The notes under the pieces were generated by a model. That model ran no database searches. It was not told where the DNA came from and saw nothing but the letters and a program-made list of their open reading frames with translations. Position numbers and translations under genes: made by a program. This document shows, in pieces, positions 36,369-42,401 of a DNA stretch of 42,401 bases. The DNA is from an uncultured Eubacteriales bacterium (GTDB lineage: Bacteria > Bacillota > Clostridia > Peptostreptococcales > JAAYPU01), in contig CAZKKX010000002.1 of the NCBI GenBank assembly GCA_964553505.1, positions 1 to 42,401 on the forward strand, read 5' to 3'. Positions within the stretch are counted from its first letter, which is position 1, and each line of letters starts with the position of its first letter.

Positions 36369-37948
36369 CCTTTTTTATCAATGGATTCTGATTTTCTCAG
36401 GTAACTTCTCCATGAAACACCCCATTCATCCGGTTCATCCAAACTTGTTTCATCCACCTGATGGCAGACGCTTCTGTGAGGTGCAGTTTTAATTATTTCT
36501 GGACTTTCATAAGCTTCCTGAAGAATATGTTTCAATGTTTCAATGTATTCATCCAAATCTTCCTTTGAAGGCGTTTCAGTCGGTTCTAAAGTCATAGGTT
36601 CAGGTATATAATACGGATGATGACTGGTCCAATAATGCATTCCGAAGTCCATCATTCTTCTTTGTATGTCACCTGTTGATATTCCCGTATCCTCTGCAAG
36701 CTTCTCTAATGTATATCTTACTTGTTCTATTCTTTGTTCTCCCCTAATATAAGGTGCATCTATGCACTCTACCTCCATTAATTTTTTGAATAAATAATTA
36801 TTATTGAGAACGGCTACTTTCGCAACCTCGTAAAGACCTTCCGCACCTAAAGCCATAATCCACGCATATGCCTTTACTACCACTGGTGCAACACCGTTAA
36901 ACATTCTTACTTTTCCAATATTAAAAGAATTTCTGCATATATCATAATTCAAAAAATACTTATCCTTATCATAATCGACAAGAGGTGCCGGCAAATATTT
37001 CTCCAGTTCTTTAACAACTCCCACAGCACCTACTGCCGGACCGCCGCATCCATGTGGTGTTGAAAAAGATTTATGAAGATTAAAGAAACACATATCAAAT
37101 CCTGCTTCTTTTGCTCTTGTAACACCAAACAAACCATTGGCATTGGCTTGATCATATCCGCATAATCCTCCTACACTATGAATTAAATCCGTAAACTCTT
37201 TTACTCTTGGATTGTAAACACCAGTGTCTTCGGGATTTGCTACAATAAAAGCAGCTGTTTTTTCACCGACTGCAGCCTTGAAAGCCTCAAAATCAGGAAA
37301 ACCATCTTTGTCCGGATGAATATAAATGATTTTATATCCCATTACTGCCGGAGCAGCAGCATCGGACGGATGAGAGTAGATTGTTGTTATGACTTCATCC
37401 TTTTGCTTTGCGTTTCCTTTTTCTTCATGGAAAGCACGTATAATTGAAGCCATGGTCATAACTGCTTGGCTTCCGCCTCCTGATTGAAAACTGAAACGAT
37501 CCATACCGGATATCTCACGCATGAAACCATCGGTTTTATACATTATTTCTAAAATACCCTGTACGGTATTCTCATCCTGCAAAGGATGCAATTCCGTTAC
37601 TTCAGGCAGCCGCGCAAGCATTTCGTTTACTTTCGGGCTGTATTTTACCGTACAAGTGCCTTGACCAATTTCTATATTAACATCTGCTCCTAATGTTTCC
37701 TGAGACAACCTCATATAATGTCTTAATACTCGCGGTTGAGATATTTCAGGAAGATTCGGAGATTGTTTTCTTCTGAGTTTTTCAGGTATTTTAGATATGC
37801 CATTTCCTACTTCATCGGCAATGACTTCTTCAGCCTCCGGCACCAATATGCCTCTTTCGCCTTTTTTACTCAATTCAAATATAATAGGTTCATCCCACTT
37901 TGCCTGATGGAAGTTTCTAATTTTTGAATTTCTGTTAATTCGTTTCAT
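36362..37948 (-). CDS. gcvPB: Glycine-dehydrogenase (decarboxylating) subunit 2-like PLP protein (P-protein beta)
   Basis: LPEISQPRVLRHYMRLSQ..., GQGTCTVKYSPKVNE and the PLP-lysine motif FNLHKSFSTPHGCGGP. 528 aa, slightly longer than the usual ~485-490. AAAGGAGG RBS. Confidence 0.85.
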   Translation of the reverse strand: MKRINRNSKIRNFHQAKWDEPIIFELSKKGERGILVPEAEEVIADEVGNGISKIPEKLRRKQSPNLPEISQPRVLRHYMRLSQETLGADVNIEIGQGTCTVKYSPKVNEMLARLPEVTELHPLQDENTVQGILEIMYKTDGFMREISGMDRFSFQSGGGSQAVMTMASIIRAFHEEKGNAKQKDEVITTIYSHPSDAAAPAVMGYKIIYIHPDKDGFPDFEAFKAAVGEKTAAFIVANPEDTGVYNPRVKEFTDLIHSVGGLCGYDQANANGLFGVTRAKEAGFDMCFFNLHKSFSTPHGCGGPAVGAVGVVKELEKYLPAPLVDYDKDKYFLNYDICRNSFNIGKVRMFNGVAPVVVKAYAWIMALGAEGLYEVAKVAVLNNNYLFKKLMEVECIDAPYIRGEQRIEQVRYTLEKLAEDTGISTGDIQRRMMDFGMHYWTSHHPYYIPEPMTLEPTETPSKEDLDEYIETLKHILQEAYESPEIIKTAPHRSVCHQVDETSLDEPDEWGVSWRSYLRKSESIDKKGW

Positions 37949-37980
37949 TTTTTCAGCCTCCTTTTCCTTAATTTTTTAAA

Positions 37981-39384
37981 TCACGAATTTAAAACTTCCT
38001 CAATCGAAGCGGCCAACTTGTCTATATCAATTTTAGTATGAATTTCTGTCACACAATATAAAGCACATTGCCCTAATTCCGGATATGCTGCCGAAAGATC
38101 TTTTCCGCCAAAAACGCCTTTCTCTACGAGTTTTTTATTTACTTCATGTACTGTTTTCCCTGTTTTATTAAAATCAACTACAAATTCTTTAAAGCTGACA
38201 CTTGAAAACAGAGATCCTTTCACACCTTTAATCTTATTCAAACGTTTCATGGCATATTGTGATTTTTGCATTATGTTTTGACCGATTTCTTCCATTCCCT
38301 TTGGTCCCATTAGCGCCAGATATACACCGGCAGTTATGCCCCACAAAGCAGTCTGGGTTCCCACGTATTCTTTTCCATGCTCTCTAAGATTTCCAAAAGA
38401 AGTTCTCTCATAAGCCACATCACCAAAACCATACTCCCCTTCTACGGAAGTGGGTGCTATCCCAAAAATCCTTGAAGGAAATTCCATTACAAATTCTTCT
38501 TCATCCCTTGTGGCAATAAATCCGGATTGACCGCCCCCATAATTCATATGAATTCCCAATGGCTGCAAATCACCGCATATAATATCTGCTCCATATCGTG
38601 ACGGAGGTTCCAATACTCCGAGAGAAATTGGATCTACCCCAACAATACTGATTGCACCAAACTGATGTGCTAAATCAGATATTTTCCCACCATTCTCTTC
38701 TAAAACTCCTATGAAAGATGGATTCTCAAAATATACGGCAGCTGTTTTATCCGAAACCTTATTCTTTAAATCATTAAAATCGATTTGTCCAGTCTCTTTG
38801 ACAAAGTCCACCTGTACCAGTTCGATATCTGGGGAACAATAATTTTTTATAATCAAAAATTTTTCCATATCCACAGTTTTTGGAATAACAGCTTCTTTTC
38901 TTCCGTTTATTCGTGATGCCATTCTTATTGATGTCGCAGCAGCCTGAGGCCAATCCATAGTAGGAACATTTACCACATCCATGTCTACTAATTCACCCAT
39001 AAGGCTCTCGTACTCAAATAAGGCCTGAAATCTTCCATGATCATTGTAAGGTTCTCCACCGTAAGCAGTAAGAAATTCTCCTCTTGAATTAATCTCATCA
39101 CATACAGCAGGAACATAATGCTGCCAGCAGCCCCCACCCAGAAAATTCAAATACTCTTTGCAGGTTTTATTTTTACCGAGAATATTTTCAACGTGCCTTC
39201 TGAGTTCATATTCTGATGGGATCGCTTTTGGCAGCTTCATATTTTCTTTTAATTTTATAGCATCCGGAACTGCTTCATGTAATTCTTCAAGCTTGTTCAG
39301 TCCTATGGTTTCAAGCATTTCTTTCTGAACTTCCGAAACTGAATTTGGAATATAAGGATGATTTTTGAATCCTTTAATTGCCAT
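37981..39384 (-). CDS. gcvPA: Glycine-dehydrogenase (decarboxylating) subunit 1-like protein (P-protein alpha)
   Basis: HPYIPNS..., FLGGG...HYVPAV, YGGEPY and a GcvPA-length protein (467 aa). AGGAGGG RBS. Confidence 0.85.
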   Translation of the reverse strand: MAIKGFKNHPYIPNSVSEVQKEMLETIGLNKLEELHEAVPDAIKLKENMKLPKAIPSEYELRRHVENILGKNKTCKEYLNFLGGGCWQHYVPAVCDEINSRGEFLTAYGGEPYNDHGRFQALFEYESLMGELVDMDVVNVPTMDWPQAAATSIRMASRINGRKEAVIPKTVDMEKFLIIKNYCSPDIELVQVDFVKETGQIDFNDLKNKVSDKTAAVYFENPSFIGVLEENGGKISDLAHQFGAISIVGVDPISLGVLEPPSRYGADIICGDLQPLGIHMNYGGGQSGFIATRDEEEFVMEFPSRIFGIAPTSVEGEYGFGDVAYERTSFGNLREHGKEYVGTQTALWGITAGVYLALMGPKGMEEIGQNIMQKSQYAMKRLNKIKGVKGSLFSSVSFKEFVVDFNKTGKTVHEVNKKLVEKGVFGGKDLSAAYPELGQCALYCVTEIHTKIDIDKLAASIEEVLNS

Positions 39385-39412
39385 TTTATTCCCTCCTATA
39401 TTATTTGTAGTT

Positions 39413-39449
39413 GTGTGAGTGAAAGTAAAAGTGTTAAGTGTGAGTGTAA
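39413..39449. repeat. Hexamer stutter array TGTGAG TGAAAG TAAAAG TGTTAAG TGTGAG TGTAAG
   Basis: Read directly from the sequence. Intergenic within the operon. It shares AAGTAAAAGTGT(T)AAGTGT with the array at 42217-42258. Confidence 0.85.
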
Positions 39450-39453
39450 GTGA

Positions 39454-40242
39454 CTATGCTATTCCTCCACCATCAACTACTATTGCGGTTCCTGTTATCC
39501 ATTTTGATAAATCACTGGCTAGAAACAATACGGTATTGGCGATATCCTCCGGCATACCCAATCTTTCAAGGGGTCTGCCTTTTGCCGAATCCTTAAGGAA
39601 AGCAATTTCTTCACATCCCAGCTGCCTACCTTCTTCCCTAAGCATATTTGTATTGGTATCTCCCGGATTCACGCTGTTTACCCGAATATTTTGAACCCCA
39701 TGGTCAATGGCCATCGCCCGAGTCAGATTAACAATTCCGCCTTTAACAGCACAATAAACTGCCGCTTTATCTCCGCCTTTAAGCCCCCACCCGGATCCGG
39801 TATTGATGATGCTTCCGCCGCCTCCTGCCGCCATAATAGGAATGACAAACTTAGACATCAGATAAGTGCCCTTTAGTCCGACATTAATAACAAAATCCCA
39901 CTCACTCTCATCAATGTCAACAACTGTCTTTCTGACAGTAACACCTGCATTATTAAAAAGAATATCCATTCTTCCAAAAGTATCTTTGATATCATTAACT
40001 GTTTTTTTTACTTCCTTTAATGAAGTAACATCGCATTTTTTAAAAATAGCCACCCTTCCTGCATTTATCAGGTTTTGAGCTTCTTCTTCTCCTTTATCAT
40101 CTACATCTATCATAACCACCTTGGCTCCGTAGGCCGACAGTAATTGTGATACGCCAAGACCGATACCTGATGCTGCTCCTGTAATTACCGCTACTTTTCC
40201 TTCAAGTGATAATACGTTCTTTTTCCGTAACAAAAACGCCAT
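39454..40242 (-). CDS. SDR-family oxidoreductase (first gene of the sigma-54 operon). The start may be TTG three codons downstream.
   Basis: TGAASGIG, NNAG and the YCAVK catalytic motif. AGGAGG abuts the ATG with no spacer, so the in-frame TTG at codon 4 is an alternative start. Confidence 0.9.
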   Translation of the reverse strand: MAFLLRKKNVLSLEGKVAVITGAASGIGLGVSQLLSAYGAKVVMIDVDDKGEEEAQNLINAGRVAIFKKCDVTSLKEVKKTVNDIKDTFGRMDILFNNAGVTVRKTVVDIDESEWDFVINVGLKGTYLMSKFVIPIMAAGGGGSIINTGSGWGLKGGDKAAVYCAVKGGIVNLTRAMAIDHGVQNIRVNSVNPGDTNTNMLREEGRQLGCEEIAFLKDSAKGRPLERLGMPEDIANTVLFLASDLSKWITGTAIVVDGGGIA

Positions 40243-40276
40243 CCTCCTCTCATATTGTTATTTCTCTAAGTATTAC

Positions 40277-40294
40277 TTGCATCTTTTATGCCAG
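40277..40294 (-). promoter_or_regulatory. Sigma-54 (-24/-12) promoter
   Basis: The minus strand reads CTGGCATAAAAGATGCAA, with GG-N10-GC spacing as in TGGCAC-N5-TTGCA. The -12 GC lies 37 nt upstream of the ATG at 40242. A sigma-54 EBP gene is encoded divergently. Confidence 0.65.
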
Positions 40295-40385
40295 TTTTTC
40301 AGAGTATGACAGCAACTATATGATTATTGGTTTAATGCCACTTGAACATAAACTAAATTTAAAAATAGTAATCAAAAAGAAATTA

Positions 40386-40405
40386 TTTTGCCAATAATGG
40401 CAAAA
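40386..40405. promoter_or_regulatory. Candidate upstream activating sequence for the EBP
   Basis: Perfect 8-bp inverted repeat TTTTGCCA-ATAA-TGGCAAAA, centred about 100 bp upstream of the -24 element. An AT-rich tract lies between them. Confidence 0.5.
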
Positions 40406-40408
40406 TGT

Positions 40409-40437
40409 TTGCCATGCTTTTCAATATGGGATATAAT
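40409..40437 (+). promoter_or_regulatory. Sigma-A-type promoter for the EBP gene
   Basis: TTGCCA (40409-40414), a 17-nt spacer, then TATAAT (40432-40437), about 37-49 nt before the candidate start codons. Confidence 0.5.
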
Positions 40438-40473
40438 TTATAATATTTAATACTTAACTTATTTTCTAAAAAG

Positions 40474-42243
40474 GTGCTGATAGACTTGATCCTCCTAGAA
40501 GAATTCAGATCTGATCTTCAAAATATGATAGAAGGAATAAGCCATTCCTTAAATTTAGAAGCGGCAGTTTTCGATTCACAAAACCATATTATTGCCAGTA
40601 CTCCTACCTACTTGAACAGAAAAGGGCATGCGGTTCACGCCCCTTCCATTGAAGAAGTTATAATGAATGGCAATATATTGGTCAATAAACCAGGCTACAT
40701 GAAATCATGTATTGGATGCCGCTTTACAGGCAATTGTCCTGCAACAATAGAAATATTGAATTGCATCAAATATGAAAACAAACCTATAGGCGTTATTACC
40801 CTTACCTCTTTCACAAAAAACGGACACAATAAAATTACTGAAAACCTTCATGTATATGTAAATATTGTAAACAGGATGACTGAGTTTATCTCAAACCTTA
40901 TTTCCTGTAAATATAAAAGCAATCAAATACGCACCCTTCAAAAAATCCTTCAGAGCACTTTAGATATGTCTAATAAAGGTATTTTGGTAATAGATAAAAA
41001 TGGATTTGTGAATTTTAGTAACCCTGTATCTGAAAAATTATTTTCTTTTTGCGGTTTATATTCACAATCGATCCATCAATTGCTGCCTGAACCTTTCAAT
41101 AAAAAAATAATGAAAGGAAGACCCGTTAATGAGATACTACGGAGCAAGGAGATAAACGGCAAAGTTATCTCTTCTCCTTTATTTGAAAATGATCAATTTC
41201 AAGGAGCTGTTCTTCAAATCGTTCCGGAAAACATAAAAGATTATGATGGGATTTCTCAAAATAATCAAAAACAAAAATTTTCCATGGACGATATAAAAGG
41301 CTCAGGTCCTGCCATAAACCTTCTAAAAAATAGAATTAAAAAAATTGCCAAAAGCTCATCTACAGTCTTAATAACCGGCGAAACAGGTACAGGGAAAGGT
41401 CTTGCTGCAAAAGCCATTCATCACGAAAGCATTCGGTGTAACTTTCCCTTTATTGTTATAAACTGTGCCAGTATTCCCGAAACTTTGTTTGAAAGCGAAT
41501 TATTCGGTTATGAAGAAGGGGCCTTTACAGGTGCTAAAAAGGGTGGAAAGTTAGGGCAATTTGAATTAGCTCAGAATGGCACTCTTTTTCTTGATGAAAT
41601 AGGTGAAATGCCGTTGCATATTCAGGCAAAACTGTTAAAGGTGCTGCAGGATCAAACGATAGAGCGTGTGGGTGGAACAAGTTCCATTCCTATAGACGTC
41701 AGAATCATCGCAGCAACCAATAAAAACCTTATTCAAATGGTTGAAAATCAAAAATTCAGAGAGGATCTTTATTATCGGTTAAATGTAATCCCAATGGAAA
41801 TACCCTCCTTAGCCAGCAGAATCGATGATATTGAGGAACTGTCTCATGAATTTCTAAAAAAATACACCAATAAACTCAATAAAAAAATCGACGGATTCTC
41901 CAATGATGTTCTTCGTCTTTTTTATAAATATGATTGGCCTGGCAATATCCGAGAATTAGAAAATGTAATAGAGTATGTGGTGAATATGGAAGAGGCAAAT
42001 ATCATCCAACTAACCAGTCTGCCTGAAAAATTCGGTGATTCGGTGACAAACAATGCCGGTTCCATCAAAAAAAGAAAAGATGATATGGAACTGAAGACCA
42101 TATGTAATGCTTTAAATAAGCATGGCTGGAATGTAAAGGGGAAAAAGCTGGCAGCGGAAGAATTGGGCATAGGATTAAGAACTTTATATAGAAAGTTACA
42201 AAAATTACAGTTGAAATGTGAGTATGAGTATAAGTTTAAGTAA
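40474..42243 (+). CDS. Sigma-54-dependent transcriptional activator (N-terminal sensor + PAS-like + AAA+ + Fis-type HTH). Start is GTG 40474 or TTG 40486.
   Basis: Walker A GETGTGKG, sigma-54 contact loop GAFTGA, ELENV, and C-terminal HTH AAEELGIGLRTLYRKL. The N-terminal region carries CIGCRFTGNCP. Confidence 0.92.
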   Translation: MLIDLILLEEFRSDLQNMIEGISHSLNLEAAVFDSQNHIIASTPTYLNRKGHAVHAPSIEEVIMNGNILVNKPGYMKSCIGCRFTGNCPATIEILNCIKYENKPIGVITLTSFTKNGHNKITENLHVYVNIVNRMTEFISNLISCKYKSNQIRTLQKILQSTLDMSNKGILVIDKNGFVNFSNPVSEKLFSFCGLYSQSIHQLLPEPFNKKIMKGRPVNEILRSKEINGKVISSPLFENDQFQGAVLQIVPENIKDYDGISQNNQKQKFSMDDIKGSGPAINLLKNRIKKIAKSSSTVLITGETGTGKGLAAKAIHHESIRCNFPFIVINCASIPETLFESELFGYEEGAFTGAKKGGKLGQFELAQNGTLFLDEIGEMPLHIQAKLLKVLQDQTIERVGGTSSIPIDVRIIAATNKNLIQMVENQKFREDLYYRLNVIPMEIPSLASRIDDIEELSHEFLKKYTNKLNKKIDGFSNDVLRLFYKYDWPGNIRELENVIEYVVNMEEANIIQLTSLPEKFGDSVTNNAGSIKKRKDDMELKTICNALNKHGWNVKGKKLAAEELGIGLRTLYRKLQKLQLKCEYEYKFK

Positions 42244-42292
42244 AAGTGTAAGTGTAAGCAGATGTTAGTGGTTAGTGATTAGTGTTTAGAGT
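42217..42292. repeat. Hexamer array (TGTGAG TATGAG TATAAG TTTAAG TAAAAG TGTAAG TGTAAG) followed by a heptamer array (TTAGTGG TTAGTGA TTAGTGT TTAGAGT)
   Basis: Read directly from the sequence. The first units encode the last residues (CEYEYKFK) and the stop of the EBP ORF. Confidence 0.85.
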
Positions 42293-42355
42293 CAGCTAAT
42301 AGATAAAGGATAACCGTTGTGGTGATATGACAAGTCATAGTTTCTACCAAAAGGC

Positions 42356-42401
42356 CGGAGGTCAAGGCGCGCAGAAGCCGATGAGCGGAGCGTACTTCAG
42401 G
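42356..42401. repeat. Second copy, truncated by the window end, of the GC-rich core repeat at 12587-12632
   Basis: My hand alignment gives 37 identical positions out of 46, with no gaps, including TCAAGGCGCGC and AGCGGAGC-TACTTCAGG. Confidence 0.75.

Noticed and set aside
40398-40413. Plus-strand TGGCAAAATGTTTGCC as a definite sigma-54 promoter for the EBP gene
   Set aside because: It is built from the right arm of the UAS palindrome plus the -35 hexamer of a good sigma-A promoter (TTGCCA-17-TATAAT), so the match may be incidental. It is kept only as an open question in the control-region finding.

Overview
Low-GC, Clostridia-like (Firmicutes) chromosomal segment with about 38 genes, most on the minus strand. 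All calls come from reading the supplied ORF translations and the raw sequence; no searches were run.

Layout:
- IS110-family insertion sequence at the window start (1-1437).
- Divergent cis-prenyltransferase plus an orphan metal-binding lipoprotein.
- uvrB-uvrA behind a LexA-box promoter.
- Secreted LysM-anchored 5'-nucleotidase.
- Lone tRNA-Gly(CCC).
- Accessory-looking catabolic block (10.7-25.7 kb): two tandem GntR/FadR paralogs, an IlvD/Edd-family dehydratase 30 nt behind a PFOR (nifJ-type), a 3-hydroxyacyl-CoA-dehydrogenase-family enzyme, TRAP transporter dctPQM, a COG1237-type MBL hydrolase, a UlaG-like lactonase and an Fe-alcohol dehydrogenase.
- Divisome and cell-wall block: ftsE-ftsX-M23 peptidase-recJ-S41 Ctp peptidase.
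- 5-formyl-THF cyclo-ligase.
- CheY-like receiver followed by a fusion of four MshEN-type (c-di-GMP-binding-like) motifs to a CheX-like phosphatase domain.
- Sigma-54-controlled operon (SDR, GcvPA-like, GcvPB-like, AcoX/NAD-kinase-fold protein, SDR) with a divergent sigma-54 enhancer-binding protein.

Most interesting candidates:
1. The sigma-54 orphan P-protein operon, which has no gcvT, gcvH or glycine riboswitch.
2. The CheY plus MshEN-CheX pair, a possible c-di-GMP-gated CheY-P phosphatase.
3. The dehydratase-PFOR-HADH-TRAP-lactonase cluster, whose enzyme set suggests a CoA-dependent, non-aldolase fate for a 2-keto-3-deoxy sugar acid.

Two other structures stand out: a GC-rich dispersed repeat bracketed by duplicated 28-bp palindromes, and recurrent 6-7-nt stutter arrays in intergenic DNA.
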